Shown here one piece after another: positions 29,681 through 40,166 of a stretch of 57,294 nt of DNA. Made by a program: the position numbers and the translations under genes. Positions within the stretch are counted from its first letter, which is position 1. Every line of letters begins with the position of its first letter. The stretch covers positions 1 through 57,294 of the forward strand of contig LBWB01000002.1 of NCBI GenBank assembly GCA_000993405.1, given 5' to 3'. The stretch is from Candidatus Woesebacteria bacterium GW2011_GWB1_39_12. Lineage in GTDB: Bacteria; Patescibacteriota; Microgenomatia; UBA8517. The notes under the pieces were generated by a model that saw only the letters and a list, made by a program, of their open reading frames with translations, had not been told where the DNA came from and searched no databases.

Positions 29681-31170
29681 TGCGAAATTTCATTCTTAAA
29701 CACGATAAAGGCATTTACAGACTACTTGAAATTCTCCCAGGGCTTGTCTCGTGGAACATAATTTTCTTTCCTTACTGGGCAATATTTGTAATTCCAAATG
29801 TGGTCGCTTACTTTATTCTTACTTATAACATTTACTGGTTCTATCAATCCTTTCAAATAGCAATATCTGCCACCGTCGCCCACCTTCGTGTACAAGCCTC
29901 AATGATCTACGATTGGCTAAACGACCTAAAACCGTTCCCTGATTGGGAAAAAGTACACCACGTAGTAATCGTCTGCACCTACAAAGAACCTCTTTATATT
30001 TTAGAAAGAACAATTTCCTCAATTGCCAACCAAACTCTTCCAAGTAAACAAATATCATTAGTTTTGGCAATGGAAAAAAACGAACCTGAAGAAGAAAGAA
30101 ATCAAAAAGTAACGGTTCTCAAGGAAAAGTTTGCCTCGGCATTTGCCAACTTTTTTGTCACCATCCATGAGCTAAAAGTCGGTGAAATTAGAGGAAAGGC
30201 GTCAAACGAAAGGTCTGCAGCCATCTGGACAAAAAAAGAGCTCGTGGAAAAAAGAAAAATGGACATCAACTACCTTACGGTAACGAGTTCCGACGCAGAT
30301 CACACTTTCCATCCAAATCATTTTGCTGCTTTAACTTACGCGTTCCTTGATAATCCGAACAGATATAAACGCTTTTGGCAGCCGGCGGTTCTTTTCTATA
30401 ACAATATCTGGCGACTCCCGGCGTTAACGAGAGTGCCCAACATTCTCGCATCAATTTGGAATTTATCGCAGCTTGCAAGAAAGGATAAATTGATAAGCAC
30501 TTCCAACTATTCATTATCCTTCAAACTTCTTGACGAAATAGACTACTGGGACCCTGACAAAATCCCTGAAGATTGGGGAATTTTTTTCAAAGCTTATTAT
30601 AAGATGAAAGGGGGAATTGAGGTCGATCCAATTTACTTGCCAATTTATGCTGATGCTGCCGAATCAACGTCTTTCTGGAAAACTATAAAAAACCAGTACC
30701 AACAAAGAAAGCGCTGGGCTTGGGGAGTATCGGACGATCCCTGGATTATCAAAAATTACTTTTTAACTCCAGGCGTTCCCTTTTGGGAAAAAACAATGAG
30801 ACTTTTATACGTACTGCAAGCACATTTTCTTTGGCCTGTTCATTTTTTCATAATTACAATTGGACTTACAATTCCAAGTATTTTAAATCCTAGGTTCGCA
30901 AGAACCACTCTAGGTTACACCGTACCCAAGCTTTCATCTTTAGTTCTAACAATCGCATTAGTATTTTTGGGAGTAATGCTCGTTTTTGATAAAATCTATA
31001 AACCCCAGAGGCCAAAAGATTATCCCCTGTGGCGCGCAGTAATTGCCCCCTTAGAATTTTTCTTGATGCCCATTGCCGGATTTTTCTTTTCCGCTCTACC
31101 GGGAATTGACGCCCACACAAGATTAATGCTGGGGAAGTATATAGAATACAAAGTCACAGAAAAAGTCTAA
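29680..31170 (+). CDS. Membrane glycosyltransferase family 2
   Basis: DAD, EDW and QRKRW (QxxRW) processive GT2 motifs. Confidence 0.8.
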   Translation: MRNFILKHDKGIYRLLEILPGLVSWNIIFFPYWAIFVIPNVVAYFILTYNIYWFYQSFQIAISATVAHLRVQASMIYDWLNDLKPFPDWEKVHHVVIVCTYKEPLYILERTISSIANQTLPSKQISLVLAMEKNEPEEERNQKVTVLKEKFASAFANFFVTIHELKVGEIRGKASNERSAAIWTKKELVEKRKMDINYLTVTSSDADHTFHPNHFAALTYAFLDNPNRYKRFWQPAVLFYNNIWRLPALTRVPNILASIWNLSQLARKDKLISTSNYSLSFKLLDEIDYWDPDKIPEDWGIFFKAYYKMKGGIEVDPIYLPIYADAAESTSFWKTIKNQYQQRKRWAWGVSDDPWIIKNYFLTPGVPFWEKTMRLLYVLQAHFLWPVHFFIITIGLTIPSILNPRFARTTLGYTVPKLSSLVLTIALVFLGVMLVFDKIYKPQRPKDYPLWRAVIAPLEFFLMPIAGFFFSALPGIDAHTRLMLGKYIEYKVTEKV

Positions 31171-31330
31171 GTATAAGTTTAAGAATTTTTTTAGGCAAAA
31201 ATTGAAAAATCTAATATTTTTTATTTAAGAATTAAAAATTAGTAATCAGAAATTAGAAATTTTATGAAACCTCTCCCCCACCGAAAAAATAAAATACCCA
31301 TAGTTTATTGAGGGGGTGATTGATTTATCA

Positions 31331-34300
31331 TCACTCAACTACTTCCATCCAACCGCCGCTTGAGTGTCCCGATATGTCGGGAATATACATATTGTAAGCT
31401 TGGGCGGGCGGATGGTGATATCGACCTGGGGTTGTCGGTCTTACTCTATAAGTATATTCGTATACTCCAGTGGGAAGAGTCTCGGCAAAAAGGACAACTC
31501 TGTCATCTCTAATCTCGTTGTGTCTGAAATAAAGCGGACTTCTATCTTTGGGAATTTTGAGTCTTTCGACATTAAGAAGAGATGTTGTTGCTAGACTCTC
31601 ATTAACAGCCTCAACACCCGCCGGGAGTTTGTCCTCGACAATTACATGGTGAGTCGTTGCGGGAGTTAAGATAATTAACCTAACCCAAAGTTCGCCTCCT
31701 GCCTCAAGAGTCTCTTTTTCAAACACCTTCCCGTTTCTATCAATGAACTCTCGAATAACAACAATGCCCGCGTCTTGTGGTTCAACCTCCTCAAAAGGTA
31801 AGAAATAGCGAAGATTCATGTTGTAATAAAGTGCTCCTTTCCCACTTTTTTGAATCTTAACTGGAATATCTTTCTCTTTTACCAAGGTATCAAGCGATAT
31901 ATCTTCGGTAATTTGCTTAAAGAGATCTTGTGATTCAAACTTCCCCTCTTTTCGCAAAATGTTATTGACCAAAATCTGCCAACCGTACTTTGGTTTACCC
32001 TCACGTCGAGCCTGTTGCATTATCACAATTGCGCGAACCGCGGAAGATGTTTCTCTTGTTGTTTGCCAATGTCCATCGTAACGAGCCTGCATTAGCCAGC
32101 GCGTAATGTCGGGAATAAGAGTGTGTCTTGGATTTTGGGCAACAATTGCCTCAAGCATAACAGATGTAAGAGTGGTGTCTGAACTCATCATATACCACTC
32201 TCGCTTTTTGAGTTCCCAATGCGCTGTTGTATTTGTCTTCTCGACTAAAGAGATCATTTCATCCATTAATCTAAACTGGTCTTTTTTACTAACACCCACG
32301 CTCTGAAGTGCCCGCAAAAGATGTGCCCTACCCAACTCATTCATTTGCCAACGTCTATCCATTAGAAAACTTAAAACACCGGAGTCAACTTTTTGCGCGC
32401 GGGAAATAATTGCGGCTAAATAGGCTTGAGTTTCTAGAGATTCCTTACCTGAGCTAAGCTTTTGTTTAAGATAGCCTGAAGCTCTCTCGATAACAGAATC
32501 CGATACGCTAAACCCTTGCTTTTTCACATCCAAAAGACCGTCCATTACCATTGCAGTCAAATAGGTATTGGACTCGTAACTGACACACCAACCCCAACCG
32601 CCGTCTGGCCGTTGTGTATTAGTCAACCGCTGAATCCCATCACTAACAATACCTTCTAAAGACTTTTTCTCGTATCCACCTACTCTATCCAGACCCGTCT
32701 CTTTTGCGAGAGTAAGAAGGTGAACTGCAGGAACAACCCTGTTTATTACTTGTTCATTACAGTAGTAAGGAAACGATAAAAGATAGTTAGCCGCATCTTC
32801 AACTCCAGAGCCCAACGTCGCGGATAAACTTATATCTAAACTCCCTAAATCAGGCACTATATCTTTTGGCAAATAAATCTTTTCCTCCGCAACGTCTTTT
32901 GCTTCACCTGATGTGGCTACCACTTCAGGGGTAAAGTAAGAAATAACAGGAAGCTTTATTTTCACCGCATCAGAAAATCCGCTACTTCCCTCTGCTTTAA
33001 GTAAAACCATTGCCTCACTCGAATTTTCTACCTCAGTCTCCCAATAAATGTTTTGTGAACTATTGGCGGGAATATTGAGAGTTTTTCTTTTGTCGTCCAA
33101 TACCTTAATTCCTTCCAGAGAAATCTCAACGATAACACTTGAGGAACTCGCGGTGTTATTATGGACAACCATTCCAAGTTTGGGTTTATCACCAACACTC
33201 AAAAAGCGAGGCAAAAGAGGTTGAATCAAGACATCCTTGGTTACAAGTACCTTCTTGACAGCATCTCCTACTCCTGTTTCGCGACTTACCGCAATTCCCA
33301 CAAGTCTCCAAGTCGTTAAATTATCAGGCAAATTCACACTAAACTCTGCGCGTCCATTGTCGTCGGTTTCAATGTGTGCATTCCAATAAGCAGTATCCAG
33401 AAATTTTTCTCTGGTAGTCTCGGGTCCTCCTTCTCCACCGCCTCCTCCAGATCCACCTTTTGCGCCTAGGTTAACGTTTGCATTTATCCTATCCATAGAA
33501 ATGGTCAAGTCATTCGCTGTTAAAACCGAGAGATTTCTTGGACGATAAAAAGTCTTGTGAATATCGGCTAAGTTTGCTCTTGCTAAACTCCAAACAGCCT
33601 CGTCAACCAAGGCAACCGCAACTTCTGTTTTGACATTTACACCATTTCCGTCTTTTGTGGTTAAATTTACCTTCATTTCCTCTCCAGGACTGAAGCGCTC
33701 TTTGTTGGGAGAAAGATCAAGTGTTACTTTTGTCTTGGGGTTATCAACGCGAATCTCGGAAATTCCCATTTTAAACTGTGGGGGGTCTTTTACCTCGACT
33801 CCTGCCTTCACAAATACACCAGCTATAAATGCATTCGGGGAATACCTTTCTTTAATTGGAACGCTAAAGGACTGATTTTCGGGCGTTATCTTAACAACCT
33901 TGTAGTCAAACACGCTCCCCCTTTCAACAGTAACTAAAGCAGTCATTTGCTCATAAGGAAGTGGGGCAACAACATTTGCTTCCTCGCCAATCTTATATTC
34001 CTGCTTATCTGGAACCAAAACTACTCTATCGTGATTTTCCTGGGGAACATCAACCCCCGATCCCGAAACCCAAAGGTAAGTTGCGGATTTTGTAACTCGG
34101 CCTTTATCGTCGCTTGCTTCCGCAACAGCACGAAAACTTCCGCCTTCAGGTGGAACAAATGATGCGATGGCTCTGCCAAATTCGCCAGTAACTACGTCGA
34201 GTGAGGTAACAAAAATGTCTATTGATTTATTTACCCAATAAAACTCTCCCGTTTCTTTATCCTCTTCCCTGACATAATCCCAAGTTCTTTTGTAAAAAGA

Positions 34301-37300
34301 TACTTTAACTGGAATATTCGGTAATTCATCTCCGGCAATTCCCACCGACACGATCTCAACTCGACTCTCTTGTCCGGATCTACCCGAATATCTTTCGGGC
34401 TTTAAGCCAACATGCAATCCCGCCTGATGAATTGCGAAGTCTTTGGAATTTGCAATTGCTTGATTGCTAACGTCCGTCACAATTGCCTCAAGCCGCATTC
34501 TCTGGTTCGTGTTTTTGTCAGAAATATTAACCGGAATTTTTACCTCAAAATGGCCGTCTTTGTCGGTTGTTCCAGTACCATCCGCTACCTTCTCACCCGA
34601 ATAATAGAAATAATCTTGGTAGCTCCACCAAGGTCTATACCAATAACTATCTGCGTCTCCAAATTCAAAACGCACATCCTTGTGCCAACGAAAGGGGTCA
34701 TCTTGTGTTGTCAGAGTCCACTTAACTGGGGCGTGGTCAACCGGCGAGCCAAAGAAAAACTTTGAGTCGATGAAAGCTTTTACGGTTTCGCCATCTGCGT
34801 AGGCGGATTTGTCGGTTGTTACCTCAACTGAAAAATCAGGTTTTCTGTATTCCTCTACCTGAAACTGCTGGGAAAAACCATTACCAAGAATGTTGGCACT
34901 AATCTTGTAATAGCCGACTGAGCCCTCAGGAGATAAAGTAAACGACCCTGAAAATGTTCCATAAGAGGAAAGTTTTGAATTTTCAGAAATAACGGAGCGC
35001 CCTTGGGCATCGGTAACACTTATCTGAACCTGGTCTTTTTCGTCCAATAAAGTATATACTCCATCGTTATCTCGCCTGACAACTCCCTTGTAATAAACGG
35101 TTTGTCCTGGTCTATATATTGGTCTATCAAGAACGATGTGGATTTTGAGCTGTTCCTTGGCTTGATAGAAATCTGACTCCTGAGGATCGTAGTAGCTCTC
35201 CAATCCAAACTCGTAGGGCCTTATTCCTCCCTGCCAGATATCAATAACAACGGCCTCATCACCATCCTTCCTGGCGAAAGCAAAAAGAGGATTTGAGGTA
35301 TCGGCGTAAGTGTTTCTTGGAGAGCGAACTTCATAGTCGGTCATAAATACGCCATCTTGATTTGTTTTCCCTTTTTTAACAACATTCCCTGAAAGCCTTG
35401 AAAGTTCTATTTCCAAATCTTTTACAACTTCGCCGCTTATCTGGTCAACCGCCCAGACAAAAGCCTGGTTGGGCGAGGTTTTTAGAGTCAAAGAAGTCCG
35501 GGAGATAACCATCACCAGATTATCGTGTCTACCACCTCCAATGCTGGCGTCCAGAAAGTAAAAACCCGAGGGAATCTTTTCATCTGACCCCTTTTCAACT
35601 TTGGTAATAACGTGTACGGGAACGTCCTTGTCGGCATCAAAGACCTCTTTCCACTCCCTGACAAGTTCGTGTTTCGAGGGGTCATATTTTTGAAAATTTC
35701 TCTCTTGGTTATCGTTGCTAGTGTAATGAATTCGATGAAGATTCAAAAAGTCGGCTCGGGTTAGTTTGTACAATTTATATATAACCTCGTTTACATTGAC
35801 CACCTTAACCACAATTCGTGGAACTATTTCTTGATTAAAGCTGGCAAAATAAGTGTCGGAGGGAACAATTGATATACTTGGTTTAAAAGGCGCGGTTTTA
35901 AAGGAAAAAGTATAGTCTTTCCCCAAAGGCACTCCATATTGATCTCGGACATTGCCAGAAATTGTAATGGTGAAGTTTGTTGAGCGATTTAGATACGTAC
36001 CAATGGAAAGAGTATGTTCATCTCTGTAGCTGGAAAAATAGGTAGAAGGGTTTCTTTCGGGTGTTGGAGAAATAGAAACATTATCTTTAAAAGATTTCTC
36101 ACTCATTGGAGAAACAAAGTGGATAACTATCCTATGTTGCTCGTCCACATTTTCACTAGCGTCTTTCGGCTCGGTGCTAATGATTTTTGGTAACGGGGCA
36201 GTCTTAAATCTCCAAGAATACGTGCTTTCGAGTCCATTTTCTCCCTCTGTCGACAAGAGACCTGCGTCAATTTGAGCCTCATACCAAATTTCTCTTTGCA
36301 AAGGTTTTATTGAATAGATTCCTACCTGTTGTTTATCTACTCGTACGTTTACTGGAACTTCTTCCTTACTCACTCCCTCAACCTTGAAGAGGTGAAAGGA
36401 CTCACTAGCAGACTTTACATTAATGGGTAAATTAAGGGTTGCAGAAACTGAAGCTGTAGGGCTTGCAAAGTTGTAATTTACAGTAGGTGTCGTTGCTAAA
36501 ACTCTCGGTCTTTGAGTTGAAAATGAAAATACTGCATCTTCCTGGAGCTCTCCATTATCCTTTGCCTTAATCCCAGCAGGAACCCTGTATGTGTAGGTAG
36601 TTGCATTTTTCAGAGGTTCACTAGGGCGGAATTGATAAGCTGTTGTCCCAAGCCAGCGCCCTTCTCCTTTAATCTCGGGCGTAATTGTAAATGCAGGAAG
36701 CTGCCTTTCTTTTTCGTCCAAAGTGGTTAGTGGAATCATCGGTCTATCAAACATAACTGTTATGGGGTTGTTTGCTTCGGGTGCTTCAGTTTGAGGGCTT
36801 GCCAAAAGAACTACCGGGTGCCCCAACGTCTCAAAAACAAAAGTGTGGGTTTTGAGCTTGGGTATAAAAAAAGAGGATAAGTTAAACGAACCAAGTTTTA
36901 CAGCGTATTTTTGAGCAATAGAGAAAGGTTCATTGGGTTTATAAACAAACTTGGCATCACCCAACCACTCAAATTTACCAGAAATCGAAGGCGAGATAGA
37001 AAATGATTTTTCGACAGATCCCTTATTCATGCCGCGATCAAACTGTACCTCAATCGTTGAATCAAGGGGGATTCTTTCTCCTCCCTCACCCGGGAAAGTA
37101 ACAACAATTCTCGGAGGTAAAAAATAGTGGCCATAAAGGATAATAAAAAGGAAAATTACTCCGATAATTACCGGGGTTCTTATCATTCTTACTCTTTCCT
37201 CTCTTGAAGAGATTTTAAATTTTTGCAGCCACGCTTGTACTTTATGTAGAACTCTTAGAGCCAGCGGTTTTACCTTCTCTAAAAATTTCTGCCCTAATAA

Positions 37301-37429
37301 ACTATACTTTCTTTTACCTCCCGAAATTATTTGGATAAGTCTTGATTTAGGAGTATTTTGCGACTCGATGTCCTGCGAAGAATCTTTTGGTACTGTAACC
37401 TGAGGAGAGGCGGATGTAAAATTGTCCAT
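31331..37429 (-). CDS. Alpha-2-macroglobulin family protein with N-terminal TM anchor and Ig-like repeats
   Basis: DRPIYRPGQTV (MG2), EEYRKP, LPDNLTTWR, thioester-type PYYCNEQ, RDDRV and PAQAYNMY motifs. Confidence 0.92.
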   Translation of the reverse strand: MDNFTSASPQVTVPKDSSQDIESQNTPKSRLIQIISGGKRKYSLLGQKFLEKVKPLALRVLHKVQAWLQKFKISSREERVRMIRTPVIIGVIFLFIILYGHYFLPPRIVVTFPGEGGERIPLDSTIEVQFDRGMNKGSVEKSFSISPSISGKFEWLGDAKFVYKPNEPFSIAQKYAVKLGSFNLSSFFIPKLKTHTFVFETLGHPVVLLASPQTEAPEANNPITVMFDRPMIPLTTLDEKERQLPAFTITPEIKGEGRWLGTTAYQFRPSEPLKNATTYTYRVPAGIKAKDNGELQEDAVFSFSTQRPRVLATTPTVNYNFASPTASVSATLNLPINVKSASESFHLFKVEGVSKEEVPVNVRVDKQQVGIYSIKPLQREIWYEAQIDAGLLSTEGENGLESTYSWRFKTAPLPKIISTEPKDASENVDEQHRIVIHFVSPMSEKSFKDNVSISPTPERNPSTYFSSYRDEHTLSIGTYLNRSTNFTITISGNVRDQYGVPLGKDYTFSFKTAPFKPSISIVPSDTYFASFNQEIVPRIVVKVVNVNEVIYKLYKLTRADFLNLHRIHYTSNDNQERNFQKYDPSKHELVREWKEVFDADKDVPVHVITKVEKGSDEKIPSGFYFLDASIGGGRHDNLVMVISRTSLTLKTSPNQAFVWAVDQISGEVVKDLEIELSRLSGNVVKKGKTNQDGVFMTDYEVRSPRNTYADTSNPLFAFARKDGDEAVVIDIWQGGIRPYEFGLESYYDPQESDFYQAKEQLKIHIVLDRPIYRPGQTVYYKGVVRRDNDGVYTLLDEKDQVQISVTDAQGRSVISENSKLSSYGTFSGSFTLSPEGSVGYYKISANILGNGFSQQFQVEEYRKPDFSVEVTTDKSAYADGETVKAFIDSKFFFGSPVDHAPVKWTLTTQDDPFRWHKDVRFEFGDADSYWYRPWWSYQDYFYYSGEKVADGTGTTDKDGHFEVKIPVNISDKNTNQRMRLEAIVTDVSNQAIANSKDFAIHQAGLHVGLKPERYSGRSGQESRVEIVSVGIAGDELPNIPVKVSFYKRTWDYVREEDKETGEFYWVNKSIDIFVTSLDVVTGEFGRAIASFVPPEGGSFRAVAEASDDKGRVTKSATYLWVSGSGVDVPQENHDRVVLVPDKQEYKIGEEANVVAPLPYEQMTALVTVERGSVFDYKVVKITPENQSFSVPIKERYSPNAFIAGVFVKAGVEVKDPPQFKMGISEIRVDNPKTKVTLDLSPNKERFSPGEEMKVNLTTKDGNGVNVKTEVAVALVDEAVWSLARANLADIHKTFYRPRNLSVLTANDLTISMDRINANVNLGAKGGSGGGGGEGGPETTREKFLDTAYWNAHIETDDNGRAEFSVNLPDNLTTWRLVGIAVSRETGVGDAVKKVLVTKDVLIQPLLPRFLSVGDKPKLGMVVHNNTASSSSVIVEISLEGIKVLDDKRKTLNIPANSSQNIYWETEVENSSEAMVLLKAEGSSGFSDAVKIKLPVISYFTPEVVATSGEAKDVAEEKIYLPKDIVPDLGSLDISLSATLGSGVEDAANYLLSFPYYCNEQVINRVVPAVHLLTLAKETGLDRVGGYEKKSLEGIVSDGIQRLTNTQRPDGGWGWCVSYESNTYLTAMVMDGLLDVKKQGFSVSDSVIERASGYLKQKLSSGKESLETQAYLAAIISRAQKVDSGVLSFLMDRRWQMNELGRAHLLRALQSVGVSKKDQFRLMDEMISLVEKTNTTAHWELKKREWYMMSSDTTLTSVMLEAIVAQNPRHTLIPDITRWLMQARYDGHWQTTRETSSAVRAIVIMQQARREGKPKYGWQILVNNILRKEGKFESQDLFKQITEDISLDTLVKEKDIPVKIQKSGKGALYYNMNLRYFLPFEEVEPQDAGIVVIREFIDRNGKVFEKETLEAGGELWVRLIILTPATTHHVIVEDKLPAGVEAVNESLATTSLLNVERLKIPKDRSPLYFRHNEIRDDRVVLFAETLPTGVYEYTYRVRPTTPGRYHHPPAQAYNMYIPDISGHSSGGWMEVVE

Positions 37430-37433
37430 TAAA

Positions 37434-39692
37434 TTACCATCCTTTCTTGTATTCTAAAACCTCAAAAGGAACTGGTGCCAAACCTACTCTACCTTCATTT
37501 TGAGTTTCGACGCTTGCTTTCAGTATATGCTTGCCCACCATCGGTGTCCAATGGCAGGAAGTAACAAAGCCGCCGCAATCTTTAAGACTCAGAGATTTGT
37601 CATCCAATTCCCAGCTAACATTTATTAGTTCTTTTTTAGGCGCCAACTCAAAAACAATTTTTTCATCCGCTTTTGCGCCAACCTCGTAAACTGCATTGAC
37701 AACAGGGCTTACGATTCGAACAGGAGAATCTTCAAAAAAATCAGGTTCTTGAGTTAATGCAGTATGCGCTTTAGGTTCACTCCCAGCGACAAATCTTTCC
37801 AAATACCGCTCATTACAGGAATCGGTTGGTAAAAGCCCATCCCAGCTACAAATTTCAACCTCGACAATCCCTTCAGGTCTTACAAAATCGCTTGACCCTT
37901 CAAACTTTATTATCTCCTCAAAAATCTGATTCCAGATTGGTGCTGCCCCTGTTACTCCCGAAATCTCTCTCATCGGATAATTATCTGCATTCCCAACCCA
38001 CACCCCAACCGTATAGTCAGGTGTATAACCAACTGTCCAGTTGTCGTGCCAGTCGGTTGTAGTACCGGTTTTTACCGCCGCATCAAAACTTAATACTAAT
38101 TGGTTTTTTTCGCCAAAGGTAGGGATACGAGCCTTTTTATCTTTCAAAATATCGGTAATTAAGAATGCCGCCTTTTCATCAAGAACACTTTCTGGTACTG
38201 ACAACTCAGGCTCGTAAAGAACCTTGCCACCATCTGTTACAATTTTTGTAATTAGACGTGTCGGGATAAAAAAACCTTTTCTCGCAAAGGTCGCGTAAAG
38301 ATTGGTTAGCTCCAAAAGACTAACCTCTCCTCCCCCCAGAGTAAGCGCCAAATCATACTCGCTGACTCTTTGCATACTGGTAATTCCCATTTTGTGAGCA
38401 AGTTCCAAAAAGCTCTCAATGCCAACTTGGGATAACATTTCAACGGCAGGAAGGTTGTATGAAGAAGCTAAAGCTTCTCGCACCAAAACAATACCACGGT
38501 ATCGGCCATCGTAATTATGGGGTAAAAAACCTTCTCCCCTTTTCGTCAAATAAACCTTGGGAAGATCTTCAATCGGGGTTGCTGGTGTAGCAATTCCCTT
38601 TTCAAAGGCAGCTGCATAATTAACAGGCTTCATGGCTGAACCCGGTTGTCGTAAAGCTTGTGCCATGTTATTTTGACCCTGAATTTCCTCATCAAAATAG
38701 TCAATACTTCCCAAAAGAACCAAAATATTTCCAGTCTTATTTTCGATAATAACAACCGCAGCGTTTGTTAAGTCGTGTTCAAATTTCAGTCTTTCAATCT
38801 GTCCTCTGGCAATGTTTCTAACTAATTCATACCAGCCGGAGTCAATCGTGGTATAAACAGAAATTCCAGAACCCGATTTTATGTCCATCCTTTTCAGCTC
38901 GTCTAAAACCATCTCAACAGCGTGGGGAGCAGTAACCCTAAGTTCACTAGTTGAAGAAGGAAGACTTTCCTCTTTAGCTCTTTGATAACGCTCGCTATCG
39001 ATAAGTTTCTCATCATACATTTCTCCAAGAATTTTATTTCTTCTCTCGCTAGCACTCTCAGAATTCCCTATCGGATCGTACCTACTCGGATTTGCAATCA
39101 TACCTGCTAAAAGCGCGGATTGGGCTAAGGATAAACTCTCCACGTCTTTTCCAAAATAAACTCTTGAGGCGGCACCAACCCCATAAATATCTCTACCAAA
39201 GTGCATAGTATTCAGATATCGCTCCAGAATTTTTTCTTTGGAAGTGGTGTAAGATAAACGTATTGCCATAAGACTTTCTCTCAGTTTCCTTGCCAAACTT
39301 ATCTTGGCTGGTTTTTGGGGAGAAATCACGCTAAAGCGTGTAACTTGTTGAGGGATCGTACTTGCGCCGGATACTATCTTCCCTTCCTGAATATTCTGAA
39401 AAATTGCCCGCGTTATTGCCTTAGGGTCGATTCCTGCGTGGTACCAAAACCTCTCGTCCTCGGTTAAAACAACCGCATCTTTTAACTCTTGAGGTACTTC
39501 GTCTATTGAAACAAATTCCTGATGTCCAACTCCAGTTGAAGATTCATAGATAAGAACCTCGTTTCTATCATAAACTTTTATCGTTCCCTTAACCTTGGGG
39601 CTTGGATCTGTCCAAAAAAAAAGGGAGATAGCTAAAGCAAGAAGGGATAAAACAAATACTTTCTTTCTATTTTCAAACAAAATCCTGCTCAC
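37434..39692 (-). CDS. pbpC: Penicillin-binding protein 1C-like bifunctional TG/TP
   Basis: EDERF, GASTI.QQ and RKLRE (transglycosylase); SAMK, SYN and KTG (transpeptidase); adjacent to alpha-2-macroglobulin. Confidence 0.8.
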   Translation of the reverse strand: MSRILFENRKKVFVLSLLALAISLFFWTDPSPKVKGTIKVYDRNEVLIYESSTGVGHQEFVSIDEVPQELKDAVVLTEDERFWYHAGIDPKAITRAIFQNIQEGKIVSGASTIPQQVTRFSVISPQKPAKISLARKLRESLMAIRLSYTTSKEKILERYLNTMHFGRDIYGVGAASRVYFGKDVESLSLAQSALLAGMIANPSRYDPIGNSESASERRNKILGEMYDEKLIDSERYQRAKEESLPSSTSELRVTAPHAVEMVLDELKRMDIKSGSGISVYTTIDSGWYELVRNIARGQIERLKFEHDLTNAAVVIIENKTGNILVLLGSIDYFDEEIQGQNNMAQALRQPGSAMKPVNYAAAFEKGIATPATPIEDLPKVYLTKRGEGFLPHNYDGRYRGIVLVREALASSYNLPAVEMLSQVGIESFLELAHKMGITSMQRVSEYDLALTLGGGEVSLLELTNLYATFARKGFFIPTRLITKIVTDGGKVLYEPELSVPESVLDEKAAFLITDILKDKKARIPTFGEKNQLVLSFDAAVKTGTTTDWHDNWTVGYTPDYTVGVWVGNADNYPMREISGVTGAAPIWNQIFEEIIKFEGSSDFVRPEGIVEVEICSWDGLLPTDSCNERYLERFVAGSEPKAHTALTQEPDFFEDSPVRIVSPVVNAVYEVGAKADEKIVFELAPKKELINVSWELDDKSLSLKDCGGFVTSCHWTPMVGKHILKASVETQNEGRVGLAPVPFEVLEYKKGW

Positions 39693-39697
39693 ATTAT

Positions 39698-39800
39698 TCA
39701 GTTTAAATTCCTTTTTTTAATTTCTTCTAAAATTTTTCACGCTCAATTGAGGGTTTTTGGGCATTTTATTTGCCCTATGCCACTTTGCATTTATCTTCAT
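39698..39800 (-). pseudogene. Possible frameshifted remnant of a small protein gene
   Basis: MKINAKWHRANKMPKNP... in one frame and ...KILEEIKKRNLN* in another; 103 nt is not a multiple of 3. Confidence 0.3.
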
Positions 39801-39841
39801 ACTTCAACTTTACTCTCACCAGAAAATTTTAGGAAGCAAAT

Positions 39842-40147
39842 TCACTTTTTCTTCCATCTATCTTTATCTCTAGAAATTAACTTCTGCATCATTTTGGCAA
39901 AATACTTATCCAGGTCAATTTTTTGCGAGTTTGCAAGGCAAATTAAGGTGAAAATAATATCCGCCATTTCATCGCCCAATTCTTTCTCTCCCTCTGTAGA
40001 TTTTTTCTTCTTCGGACCGAATTTGTGATTCACTTCTCTTGCCAATTCTCCAACTTCTTCCATCAAACGGGCGAGAATTGCATGCGGTTTCCAATAACCG
40101 CCATTATCTTTCGTCCAATCATCAACTTGTTTTTGCAAACCTTTCAT
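39842..40147 (-). CDS. MazG-like (all-alpha) nucleotide pyrophosphohydrolase
   Basis: LMEEVGELAREVN...ELGDEMADI...LAN. Confidence 0.85.
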   Translation of the reverse strand: MKGLQKQVDDWTKDNGGYWKPHAILARLMEEVGELAREVNHKFGPKKKKSTEGEKELGDEMADIIFTLICLANSQKIDLDKYFAKMMQKLISRDKDRWKKK

Positions 40148-40166
40148 TTAACGAATTATAACAAAA

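Noticed and set aside
39789-39799. TGAAGATAAAT (minus strand) as an inverted fifth repeat
   Set aside because: Only 11 nt match, and it is explained as the first codons of a putative gene remnant
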